A stretch of 57,051 bases of DNA, the filler included, from Sphacelaria rigidula (Eukaryota): the NCBI GenBank assembly GCA_964200075.2. It is 5 parts of 5 records of this genome, joined end to end, with 100 filler letters (N's around TTAATTAATTAA, not from the genome) between each part and the next. Parts side by side here need not be neighbours in the genome. Positions count along the whole stretch, not along the records: positions 1 to 11,331 come from CAXNAA020005050.1; 4 more parts are not named here. The stretch is one strand, 5' to 3'. Position numbers and translations under genes: made by a program. This document shows, one piece after another, positions 1-10,425 of the stretch (position 1 is the first letter of the stretch; the number at the start of each line of letters is the position of its first letter). The notes beneath the pieces are model-generated. The model was not told the DNA's origin. It made no database searches and saw only the letters and a program-made list of their open reading frames with translations.

Positions 1-994
1 GAATGCAAGATAATCAGTAGGCTTGGGGCCGAATGATCTTAGCAGGATACGGCTCATCCTTCATGTGACTCGCTAAAAACACCACGACGCTTTGCGCTTG
101 GTGATGGAGTGCGAGCCTGGTCCGGCGAAAACCCGGTGTGCTCCGTCCCGGCTTTGTAAGGATGCGAGCTCAACGGCCGTAGGACTATGACATGCATGAT
201 CATGAGTACACCCCCCCACCAAAATCCCAATTTGCCTGGTGAAACACGCCAATCATCGACTACCGCAAGTCTGGTGTATTATGAAATAAACCACCACAGC
301 CAGGCCGTGGTCGCATAAATGCGTTCTCATTCATACTCAATAAGTCTAAAAAACATATCCCGATTCAAAATGGTGCAAAGGATGAACCTGATGACAAGCT
401 GGAGTTGTTAACATCCATCTCCGGCCTCCGCATTTCCCCTCTGGTCAAAAGCCTCGAATCCATCTCCGTGCTGCATTCCAACCCATATGCTTCCCCGTAT
501 TTCCATGCCACTCTAGTGCCCCTCTGCTTCCTTGGTTGTCCATACTCGACCACATGGGAATGGCTGTGCGCCTCGCCGCTCCATTCGGCCGGCGCCGACA
601 ACGCCATGCGTAAAAGGGTGTTCGTCGACAGAGCCGGTGACAGCAGAAGCGGCAGCGGTTGCTGTTATTCTGTTGGCGATGTTGTTGGCAGAGTCGGCGA
701 CAATGGTATCGGTCGCGGAATCGGCGGAGGTGGTGTTAAAGACGGTGTCAACGGCGGCGGCGATGGTTTCGACACGGTAGGTGGTAGCGGCGGCGGCGGC
801 TGTGGAATTGTCGATGATGATAAAGAGACTGGGAAGGTAGAAGGTGACCTTGGGTGTTGCGATCGCGGGACTGGAAAGGTAGCAGGTGGTCGGATGTGCT
901 GCAACCGCGGGCCTGGGAAGGTAAAAGATGGTCTTGTGTGATGTGATCGCAGGCCTGGAAAGGTGGATGATCGCGACGTGGCGACGTTGGAAGG

Positions 995-1185
995 TGTATA
1001 TCTCGGGACAGTCGAAGTGGAAATAGACGGTGTAGATTTCGGGGCTGTCGGAGCGGGAATGAGATGTGTAGAGGCCGGGGCGGTCGGAGTTGGGATGGAA
1101 TGTGTAGATCTCGATGCGGTCGGAGCGGGAATGGGGTAAATATATCTCGGAATGGTTGGAGTGGGAATGGGAGATGTATTGGGGA
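995..1185. repeat. Degenerate 36-bp tandem repeat (~5 units), encoding a 12-aa Pro/Thr/Ser repeat on the minus strand
   Basis: Units such as gtgtagatttcggggctgtcggagcgggaatgagat and gtgtagatctcgatgcggtcggagcgggaatggggt recur every 36 bp. Confidence 0.75.
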
Positions 1186-1479
1186 TAGTAGGTGGTGGCC
1201 ACGTTGATGCGGCAACGGAAAAAGGTGACCAGTGTCGGTGTATCGGCGGCGTTGGCGGCGGGATGAATGTTGTTTCCCCCCGCTCCCCCGCCGTGAAGCG
1301 ACGCAGGCGCGGAAAATGGCCTATGCGGCGACGTTGTTGGTGTTTTCCACTTCTCCTTGTGGTTGGCCGCCTGTGAGGGGTAGTCGGTTAGGTGCCAGTG
1401 CCATGTCTTTTTTCTCCCCCTCACTCAAATCCTCAGCACTTGAAAAAAGAGGAACGAAATGTTTGGGGAACTCATGGTC

Positions 1480-1745
1480 GACACTAACCCGTTTTGAGGT
1501 AGAGGCAGAATTTGGGGGAGTCTCTCTGACACTCACTCGTTGTGGAATGGAAGCGGAATCTGCTCTCTGACACTTCCTCGCTGTGGACTAGAAACATGAT
1601 ACTGGGGAAATTTTCTGACACTTACTCACCGTGGATTAGAAGCATAATGTGGGAGAATCTCATCGACGGTACCTTGCTATGGAATCGAAGCAGGATCCGG
1701 AGAAACTCACTGATACTGACTCGCTGTGAAATAGAAGTCGAATCA
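1480..1745. repeat. Degenerate ~40-48-bp tandem repeat (~6 units)
   Basis: Recurring ctgacactcactcg(c/t)tgtgga..(a/g)gaagc motif; minus-strand peptide resembles DSASIPQRVSVRE. Confidence 0.65.
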
Positions 1746-2385
1746 TCATCACTGGTAGTTGCGACAATCGACGTGACAAACGGAATCTGTCCGTAGGTCG
1801 ATGGCCGGCGTGCGGCGAATTGCTATGGTGAGCGCTCAGTGTAGTGGAAACGTAGCCTGCCGTCGAACAGATGTACACTTTACTCATCGCAGATCACTCT
1901 CTGGCGTTTTTTAGCCCAGTGAACAGAGAAACAAACAAATTGAATTTCCTCCGATACATACATCTGTGAGCAGTACACTAATCTTTTTCTTCAGTAACAG
2001 GGGGGTTATCCCCACATGATTAATGGGATCTTAACTTGAGACTCACGACTGCCTTGACCGGTAGCACTTTACCATTCCCTAACACGGCACGCTTCTTTCC
2101 ACTCGAGGACGACAAGTATAGAAAATGTGAGTCATGCTGCCTGTGGTGTGGTGCGATGTACCCGAGTCTACAAAATGAAGTTCTGCGTCAGGAATAGGCA
2201 GAGATTTGGTCTAATACAACACCATCATATCTCTCATATAGAAATTACCCGAATTAAAAAGTGATCCTCCCGGGGAGGCAGAACGTGACGTATAGCTGTC
2301 AATACCAGGGTCATCAGCAGGCGGCAGCTCGGCACGGGACGTAGAATGGGGGATTACCGTTAGAAATGTGGAGCGGATGATCCGT

Positions 2386-3340
2386 AATCGTTTACTTCGA
2401 AATTAGGCGATTCCAGCCCCGACCAAGACCCCTCACGTCTACGCGCACGTTCAGCTGCAGCACGCTCCTGCACTTGGACGTGAAAACGTTCTTGCAGGTT
2501 CAAGACTCCTATCAAGGCACTTCTAATTTGAACATCGTCCAGAACATCACACTTCCATTCCCCCGCCGACGAGGACGCCAGAACCGAGAAAGACGTCCGA
2601 GGTGCACGCAAACATAACGTGATACGGCATACTAACGTACCGACGGTGATATGCTGTATTGAGTGCCCATTGAACAGCGGGCAACACGTCCACCCACTCG
2701 ACCACCTCTCGACGCTGCTCGAGACGAATAGAGCGAAGAGCACAAACTACTTCCTTTACCATGCGTTCGCACGTACCGTGAGACCACGGAGAATACGCTA
2801 CCGCAAACCGGTGATCAACGCGCAAAGCTCGCGCAACCAAGCCAAGATCGCACTTTCAAAATGTGTGGCGGTATCACTCACCCTCACACGGGGCAGCCCC
2901 AAATATTTGTACCAATTCAGCAAAGACGTAGCAGTCGATTCAGCAGTACACACGGCTACTGGTTCCAGAGCCACAAAGTTGCTCAAATAATCCATGATGA
3001 CCAAAATGTATCGGAACCAAGCATCCTACGACAAACCTTGGGAAGCTAGCGGGCCACTCTCGCCCACGTGCAAGAGGTCAAAATGAACGACTTCATTCGG
3101 CGTGGTCCCACGGACCGTTTCACCGAGCGGGCGGGGAACAACATCGCCCGCTCTCGAGTCAGTACAGTGAAGACACTGGCGGACAAATTCGCGCACAATA
3201 GTTTCTATCCCCTGCTAGACACAAAACGCTTGCAAGCGCACGAGCGTCGCAGCCACACCACGATGCCCGGCATCGCGCATGTGCGCACAAATCATCAGAC
3301 GTCCCTGCAACTGCTTGTCAGAACTCGGAATCCACAAAAC
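2386..3340 (-). pseudogene. Gypsy A integrase (H2C2 zinc finger plus DDE core), frameshifted and truncated
   Basis: LMICAHMRDAGHRGVAATLVRL; VIMDYLSNFVALEP...VSDTATHF; AYSPWSHGTCERMVKEV; ends abruptly at PNFEVNDY. Confidence 0.88.
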
Positions 3341-3519
3341 GTTTCGGCCACGCACATGCACACGAAACAGACCTTGATTGTCCAAGATAGCAGTGCCAAC
3401 GTCCGACTCGAAATGTTGCACATCTGCAGTCTCGGCCCCAAAATCTTTTTGTTGCGCTTGGCGGACAACAGATTTGGACGCAAGGAGTCATTAAATTCGC
3501 ACCGACCATACACAGCCAC

Positions 3520-4160
3520 AGCGCGCGCAGGCAAAGTGGGAATATTTACCCAGCGTGACAACAAGTCACCCCACGCGTTACTCTCACCCGAAATATGACA
3601 AATCGTGTACCGATACTGTCCTAATACTCCTTTCCACCCCTCTAATCGCTGTGCCAACGACTTAGACACAGACGTCACGCATGCCTCCGGGTTAAACATG
3701 TACGTTAGATTTCGGTGATCCGTGAAAATGTGTACGCCATTTCACAATAAATGCCCAAGACGACGAAAAGTGCTCACGATAGCAAAACCTTCGTTGTCAA
3801 TGGTTTCCCACCGCATCTGTGAACCCTTGAAAGTACTACTCAGAAACGCCAGCGGTTCATGCGTTATGTCTTCAACCGGCAACCGTTGTTGAGTCATCCT
3901 ACGATAGGGGGGGGGGTGTTTGGTTGCACGATAAAAGAGGCTCATAAGTGTGTCAGACATCCTTCCTCACTTGCGTTGCGCTTGTATTTGGNNNNNNNNN
4001 NACGACGATCTGACTCGAAATTTCGACCAACGAATGGCCCAAAATACCCCCACCCCTATCGTAGGATGGCTCTGTTGCATTTCTGCATCAGGCACCTGCG
4101 TTACAAAACTATCCCAATAATGGCACTCAAATGCATCCGGATACATTGACACCTGACAAT
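3520..4160 (-). pseudogene. Gypsy A RNase H, interrupted by a MITE
   Basis: YPDAFECHYWDSFVTQVP; HEPLAFLSSTFKGSQMRWETIDNEGFAIV; TDHRNLTYMFNP; HISGESNAWGDLLSRW. Confidence 0.88.
3891..4072. mobile_element. MITE with GAG..CTC termini and exact 4-bp TSD (TGTT); Sola-like; contains a 10-N gap
   Basis: Left end gagtcatcctacgatagggg, right end cccctatcgtaggatggctc; tgtt at 3887-3890 and 4073-4076; excision restores in-frame DAEMQQRLPVED. Confidence 0.88.
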
Positions 4161-4941
4161 CTGGACGAGGATGGGCCGCGTCACTGCATCAGCCACCAGA
4201 TCCTTCGCTGCCGCCCACGCCTGCAACCTGCCCCCCGTCCACGATGCAGCTTTCTTCGGAAACGCATTATCCGGACTGGACCACCCCGCCGGCAAATTCC
4301 GTGACACCAATACGAGCGCCAAAAGAGCCGCCATGCACAATGCCAACCAACTCAGCTTCCCTGGATCGTACCGCTGTGGCTTCGTCTTCACCGCGGACGC
4401 CGCAGATTTTGGCTGAACACGCATGGGCTCCACGCGCGCAGGGGGATCACCCCGTAGCGCACGACGAAACGCGTTGACGCGGCAATGCAATGTACCGCGC
4501 AGGCGCTCCGCTTTTGAGACGCTGAAGCTTTTGCCCCAGCATCCGTCACGCTCTCCTCCAGCGCGACCTTCCGAGCGGCCTCCTCACCCGCCGGATCAAT
4601 AAATATTTCCGGGCCACGCTCCACCAAGCGTTCCATCGCCTCATCACGCTCCTCGGACACCTGCCCCCCCGCCTCCTGGAGAGCATCAACCGACAAGCTC
4701 ACTCTGTGACTGGCCAAAAAAGCAGGCGTCTCGACACTCGAACCGGACGACGGCATTTTCGTTTTTAGGGATTCGAACAACCGATCATACGGATCGAGTC
4801 CGAGTCCCCGAAGCGTCGGTAGGCCCAACAGAACGACACCATCCGTCCCCACCATGATCGCAAATGATATTAGGGGTAATTTTGCTGGCCCTCACGTAGT
4901 CGGGAACGCCAACTGTGGGGGAATCGTACGCTCTGTCACAT

Positions 4942-6459
4942 TTATACCTTGCCCAGATGCGGTGATGGCCTGCCGCGCCCCGAGCGAGGACGGATTCGGA
5001 TTTTTTCACCGGGGAGTACATGCTCCAGCACCTCCACAATTAGCACCAACACGCTCGTCAAGTGGGCGCCTGAATCCAACACCGCGTTGACCGATATAGC
5101 TCCTCCCGCCCGTTGTTCGGGGAGATATAACTCGGCAGGGACATAGTTGTCTTGGTCCTCGACCGGCACCTGCTCCGCCGACTGATGGGTCGTAATCCCC
5201 ACTTGGCGCCACGGCTGCGCGCGCGGCGCATGCATAGACGCCCCCGCTGAGGTCACCGGCACCGCCGGCGGGTACGAAGCCCCGCCCGCAGAACCAAATT
5301 GCAGCGGTACCCCGGCCGGCGCAGGAGTGGATTCAAATTTCAGCTGAAAACCGGCCGGCTCCGCAGCCGGCGTCTCGTCTTGCTCTGCTGCCGGCGGCGC
5401 CGGCACCAAGCCCGACACTAGAGAGGTCGGTCCCACCTGCACCGCCCGTTGCAGAGCAGCAACCCCTGCGGTTGACCCGAACCCAGAACCGGACCCCTGC
5501 TGACGCCGCTGCTCCTGCTGCTGCTGCTGGGAACTTGACTGTGCACCAGCATCGCTGGAGGATCCGCCGCTACCGCCACCACGACTACCTCGTCTTTTGT
5601 TATTGCGAGGGTACGCGGCACTCGTCTGCCCAGACTCCCCCTCAAAAGGCACTGGGCACTTCCGTGCGATGTAACCGACCTGGCCACACTGGAAGCAAGT
5701 AAAATTGGAGGCGGCACTGCCTGCGGATCTTAATCCGCAGTTACGCGAGCTCGAAGACTGCGGCGACGAAGTGGATGATTTTACGAATACTTCGACCCGC
5801 CGCCATGCCTGAGCTTCAGCCACCACGGTATCCATGACTAAATACGGGTCCGACTTCCAATTCGTTCCGTGCTGTAACTGTACAAGCACGGCCTGCTTAA
5901 ATTCCGCCGGTGCCATACCCTCCACCATCGCTTTGGTGACCACCGCAGTGGGCCCTGGGTGAAATTTCCCATCGGACGAACGATAAATCATCTCTACGTT
6001 AGGGTTTTCCGAAAAATACGTCTCCAACTTACCCATTGTGGGCTCCACCCTCTCAGGCATGGTCCTCCCCTTGTGGTTCACTGCGACAGCCTTCGCCACG
6101 GCCGCGGACGCCTGAGTAAGCTCTACCTCCGCTCCTGCCGCATGCCCTGCGTGCTTCTTTATCCTTGCGGCTAACTGCAGCGGCGTTATGGTATCCCTTT
6201 CGTGGAACCTTCTCGCGAAGACGCATTGCAAGGGGGTAGGCACTAGTTGCGCCATAGAAACCACCTGATGCCTTACCGCACCCCCTGCATTTGCATGCTC
6301 CCACCTCCTTTTGTATTCCATGTATTTCGTGTGAAACGATCGAGAGACACCCTCCAAATACAAACTCACGAAACTAGGCGGCCGCAACTCTTCCCTTAGA
6401 ACGACTGGGGTTACGGTCGTTTCCGCTGGCTCTGTTGCCGGTATCTCAGAAGTCGACAT
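4942..6459 (-). CDS. Gypsy A gag-protease ORF (505 aa, frameshifted at its 3' end)
   Basis: Zinc knuckle CFQCGQVGYIARKC (His replaced by Tyr) and protease motif VNAVLDSGA. Confidence 0.85.
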   Translation of the reverse strand: MSTSEIPATEPAETTVTPVVLREELRPPSFVSLYLEGVSRSFHTKYMEYKRRWEHANAGGAVRHQVVSMAQLVPTPLQCVFARRFHERDTITPLQLAARIKKHAGHAAGAEVELTQASAAVAKAVAVNHKGRTMPERVEPTMGKLETYFSENPNVEMIYRSSDGKFHPGPTAVVTKAMVEGMAPAEFKQAVLVQLQHGTNWKSDPYLVMDTVVAEAQAWRRVEVFVKSSTSSPQSSSSRNCGLRSAGSAASNFTCFQCGQVGYIARKCPVPFEGESGQTSAAYPRNNKRRGSRGGGSGGSSSDAGAQSSSQQQQQEQRRQQGSGSGFGSTAGVAALQRAVQVGPTSLVSGLVPAPPAAEQDETPAAEPAGFQLKFESTPAPAGVPLQFGSAGGASYPPAVPVTSAGASMHAPRAQPWRQVGITTHQSAEQVPVEDQDNYVPAELYLPEQRAGGAISVNAVLDSGAHLTSVLVLIVEVLEHVLPGEKIRIRPRSGRGRPSPHLGKV

Positions 6460-6708
6460 TCTCGAGCGGAAAATCGAAGATTTGTGAAACCTTTTCGAAC
6501 TTCATTTCACACCTGCTGTCTTCGCCGCTCTACACAGTCCTGGGGTCCTATAAACACCCGCTGTTCGTAGCTCCAGCAAGTCTCCAGTCTGGATCAAATC
6601 ACGGGCCAGCCGCCTCTGCAGCTACCTCAGCTTGAAACCTCCTCACGCGCCCGTGAAGCTCAATGCCCGAAGCTAATCACAAGCTGTCCAGACCTCTCCC
6701 TGCTGAAA

Positions 6709-6719
6709 CATTTCCACCA
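6709..6719 (-). promoter_or_regulatory. Primer-binding site TGGTGGAAATG, resembling the complement of a tRNA-Ala 3' end
   Basis: Lies 3 nt after the putative LTR end (...CGTTTCA) and upstream of gag. Confidence 0.55.
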
Positions 6720-6722
6720 GTC

Positions 6723-7015
6723 TGAAACGATAGCACCTACTAGCACGCCTAGCACTAGCACAGAATATCGATATTGTGACGCTAGCAGGTTGCTAGTTGT
6801 CTAAATGCTGATGAGGGACTCCCAGTTCCACTGGCCTCAAGGTCTTAGTTGTCAGCCTTCACAACACCTTATCACTACCGGAGTGAACACCTGCAACCCC
6901 GTACCATCAGGCCTGGACTACACAGCAAGGGTCATCATCCACAGGATGCCCTTGTCCCCTCGTCATCATTCAGGATCCACTATATACTCAACCGTGACGG
7001 CGTGATTTCGTCACA
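6723..7015 (-). repeat. 5' LTR of gypsy A (TGTGACG...CGTTTCA on the minus strand; alternative end CGTCACA at 6775)
   Basis: TG..CA termini, adjacent PBS, and the copia gag is broken at 7015/7016. No second LTR in the contig. Confidence 0.6.
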
Positions 7016-8060
7016 GGCTGCAATTGATGATGAGGGGTATGGTACTGTACAGTCTGAGCAAAACTGATCTCACCGAAGGCATTGTCTTCGTCAGCAAAGC
7101 TTTCCATACCCTCGTCGGGGTGCTGCCAGGCGGTGTCTGTTTGCTGCACTGTTTTGGCATGGTTGTAGTGCTGTGCACGCGGTGTTGATGTGGGTGAGAT
7201 GGATGTTGGAATGAGCCCTGATGACCTGGAAAGCGGTGGGTGTCTTGGCATGGATTGGTAGGGTGTGTAATATGTGAGAGGACCGCGTGCTTAGGGGACC
7301 GCGCCTTAGTTTAAACACCTCAGGATCGACGTTGTTCGAAACCAATCGGGTCAGTCCTTGCAGGGACCACGCCCCTGACCCTAACCTCAACACTATCCCT
7401 GACCCGAACCCTAACCATAGAGATGTTCCAATTCCGATGCGATTCTCCAAGCACGCGGTCCTCTCACGCATCACAGGGTGGATGTGTTGTTGGCGGGAAG
7501 GATGATTGGGGCAGTTGACAGGGCAACGAATTTGGTACATTCGTTGGTTAGGTTGGTATATCCTACCACGGCCCGGTCCCCCCCGGTTGCAAGAACCGTG
7601 TGGACGGCATTGTTGTCGGTGTCTCGAGGAATACCACCACCCTCGACCACCATGACCACTGAAATGATGCTGTGGACCATGGTGTGACTACAAATCAGAC
7701 TGCTGTGGGGAATTGGGGCGCCCCTGGGGTTGTGCTGGTGGTATTGCTGTTGGGAATTGTGAGGTTGTCGCCCCCTCTCGTTCTGCTTTGTGCCTGGTGA
7801 ACCATGTTCCCCTCTACCATCGGTAGCGGTAGGTAGCAGAGAGGGCGTGGTTTGACGGTTCCCTTTTATTTCTCTTAGATAACTGCAACTCTGCATATGC
7901 ATTCTCTGTTCGATAGTTCAGATCCTCGTTCCTAATCTCACGATTTGCCAAACATTGATCCGCATTCATGCTCGTATTCAGTCGAAAGGCATCTTACGAT
8001 ATTCCTATTTGAATCGTCAGGAGCCGCTGAACCAGAGAAGATTTTTTGCAAAACGTGCAC
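7016..8060 (-). mobile_element. Decayed Ty1/copia gag, probably the same element as 1-2385
   Basis: DDSNRNIVRCLSTEYEHE...LANREIRNEDLNYRTENAYAELQLSKRNKREPSNHAL, then a Gln/His/Gly-rich stretch and a degenerate Cys region; same strand as the protease at ~2100. Confidence 0.55.
7266..7475. mobile_element. 210-bp TGT..ACA element with ~30-bp TIRs and exact 5-bp TSD (GGGTG)
   Basis: tgtaatatgtgagaggaccgcgtgcttaggg versus reverse complement of the right end tgtgatgcgtgagaggaccgcgtgcttggag; gggtg at 7261-7265 and 7476-7480. Confidence 0.88.
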
Positions 8061-8064
8061 CCCT

Positions 8065-9885
8065 ACCGTAGCATTACTCAAGATTTTGAACAATTGAGTA
8101 GGAGCGACGCTAGAAGGGGAAAACAAAATCAGCGAGGGGCAAGCAGGTTTGGACCAAACTGTGGTTGCGTAGACCATGTGTATGCACTAGGTAAGATGAT
8201 CAGGGTACGAATGACACCTGGCTGATAACGTACTGTTTCTCTCTGGACGTGCGAGAGGCGTATGACACGGTATGGAGAAATCGACAGTGGAAAAAGTCGT
8301 GGGGAACTGGAATCAGAGGGAGAATGTGGAGAACGGTGAAGATGACGGAGTGTGCCAAAAGTGCGATGACGCTAGAGGAGGAAATATTGAAATATTTCAG
8401 TATTTTACGAGGAGTTGCACAAGGATGTACGTTATTACCCACTTTATTCAAGGTATTTATTAATGATCTGATGATAGCAATAGAAGCAGCAAGGCAAGGA
8501 GTCAAGGTGGGTGAAGATATGGTATCAGGATTGATGTTCGCGGATGGTTTTGTGGGGACTTCAAGAACACCAGAAGGCTTAAGGGAACAGATAGATAAGG
8601 CGCTACACACAGTAGGAAATGGAGAGTGACAGCGAACGTTGTCGAATGCGCGGTACTCGCCTGGAACGACGACACGGAAAATCCGGTAGAGTCCATATGG
8701 AAGTGGAGAGGAGAGGAATTGCCGATCGTAGACCATTATACATACCTTGGCGTAGGGATCTGAGAAAAACTGTTCTTGGAATGCACACATAAATACAGCA
8801 ATAATAGAAAAGTGTAAGGTACAGATAGGCAGGATGGACGTGATCTTCAGAGACTCGCACCTTGATACTAGGATCAGGGATGTAACCCGATGAACGTGAT
8901 TGTACCAGAGCTGGAAAATGCAGGAAACGTATGGGAGGGGAACGTGGAGTTGGTGAAGAACTTGAAAACAGTACAAATGGCAGCAGCTGAGAGAATACTT
9001 TGGTGCTCGACAACGACGAGTAATCCAGCATTGAGAGCAGAGTTGGGAATGTATCCACTCCAAACAAACAGAGACATGTGAAAACTCAGGTGGACATATT
9101 ATAGCGTAAAGAGCGTGCAGAGAAAGAGATTGCCAGCCATAGTTGATGAGGCCGTATGGAAGAAAATGAAAAAAGGGCAGGCTGGAAGAAGGAGGGATAT
9201 AGTAATCGAGAAAGTATGAAGGGAGATAGGAGGAAACCAGGACGAAATATCGTCCACAGCTGGGTGATGGCGCGGGGTACAAGACAAACGTAAGATGCAT
9301 GGTAGAAATGAGGGGAAAAGGAGCGCTTAGATGCAAAGTGGACGAGAAAGGAAACCTGAAGATATACGGGGGGTTGAGAGAGGGGATGGGAATGAAAACA
9401 CATTTCCATGGCCCAATGACCGCGGTGGAGGATTTAGAACTGCGATTTGGGTTGGGAACCTGGAACTGCAGGAAAGAAGAGAGAAATTCACAAGTAGTCG
9501 AGAGGAGGAGAAAGAACAGATGCACAGAATTGCCCCTGTGGTGAAGCAATAGAAAGCAGAAGTCATTTAGCGGTAGAATGTGAACTGTAGAGGGAGGAAC
9601 GGGACTTGCAAGGGTGGGAAATGCGGGACGTGACCGAGGGTGGCATGGAATCACTTCATGAATTACCAGGTAGCGAGCCAAACGATGGCTATACTAGGAG
9701 ATAAACGTTGGCCACAGACGGCGAAACAGGACGGGGATAAGATGTGTGAACTGTGTCTCTATTGTGTATAGAAGGAACGTCATGAGCACCTAGATGCTGG
9801 AGGTGTCTCATGTAGGAGTAGGGGCGGTGCTTTGTCTCGAAAGGGATGCGCGGTCAGTGGTCGAATAACTAAGGCAAGCAACAAA
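8065..9885 (+). mobile_element. Non-LTR retrotransposon (LINE): RT domain and C-terminal CCHC, decayed
   Basis: KISEGQAG...VDHVYALGK; LDVREAYDTVWR; GVAQGCTLLPTLFKVFINDL; LMFADG (YADD-type motif mutated); YTYLG; CPCGEAIESRSHLAVEC; stops and frameshifts present. Confidence 0.92.
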
Positions 9886-10425
9886 TGGGTACGCACCCAG
9901 CAGAAACAGGTAAATGCCCGGAAGAGGAACAGGAGGGGACACAGCGCCGCGAAGCAAGTAGACAAAGTCCATACCGGCAAGGGGCAGAATAATCAAGCAA
10001 GGGAAAGTGGAAGATAGAGACACGGGAAAAGGATAGGAGACAAAAAGAGAGCAAATAATAATTCGGAAAGGAATTTGAGAATAGGATCGTGGAACGTGTG
10101 TCGATTCGCCACAGACAAGCGCAAACGAAAATAGTTAGCGCAACGAGTGAGAAGACACGACGCAGACATAGTAGGAATTCAAGAGTTATGGGAGAAAGAC
10201 GGGGTAGAAATAGGATGCAAAGTTGAAGAGTACGCATGTATAGGGGAAAAGCGGGAAGAAGAGAAGGCCAAGAGCAGGGGAGCGGGGGGAGTAGGGTTTT
10301 TAGTCAAGAAATACCTGTGTGACATTATACAGTCGATCGATGACACCAAATTCGACGAGAGCATATGGATAAGGGTGCCGGGAGAGCAGGGAACGAAGAA
10401 CTCCTTCGTAGGGAACATCGAAGAG
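9886..10425 (+). mobile_element. LINE N-terminal basic leader plus AP endonuclease start, located downstream of the RT
   Basis: LRIGSWNV...DIVGIQE...GAGGVGFLVK...ESIWIRV...FVGNI; same frame as the preceding C-terminus, with two TAG stops. Confidence 0.88.

Larger units (their letters stand above)
1..2385 (-). mobile_element. Decayed Ty1/copia retrotransposon, downstream part: protease, then Ser/Thr/Pro-rich repeat-coded region
   Basis: Manual minus-strand translation of ~2200-1830 gives FVDSGTSHHTTGS...VLGNGKVLPVKAV.SLKL...VLLTDV...HLFDGRLRF across frameshifts, the copia aspartic protease pattern. No integrase recognised further downstream. Confidence 0.65.
2386..7015 (-). mobile_element. 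Ty3/gypsy LTR retrotransposon A; defective (RT core deleted, 3' end and 3' LTR lost)
   Basis: Minus-strand order: LTR, PBS, gag, PR, RT remnant, RNase H, integrase; several frameshifts and stops. Confidence 0.92.

Noticed and set aside
405..941. Gly-rich plus-strand ORF
   Set aside because: Antisense of the Pro-rich retroelement region
6775..7015. Independent solo LTR (TGTGACG..CGTCACA)
   Set aside because: Flanks (gatat and ggctg) are not a TSD; better explained as part of the gypsy A 5' LTR next to its PBS
8200..9681. 493-aa minus-strand ORF
   Set aside because: Antisense shadow of the purine-rich LINE strand; Phe/Leu/Ser/Pro-rich with no recognisable motif
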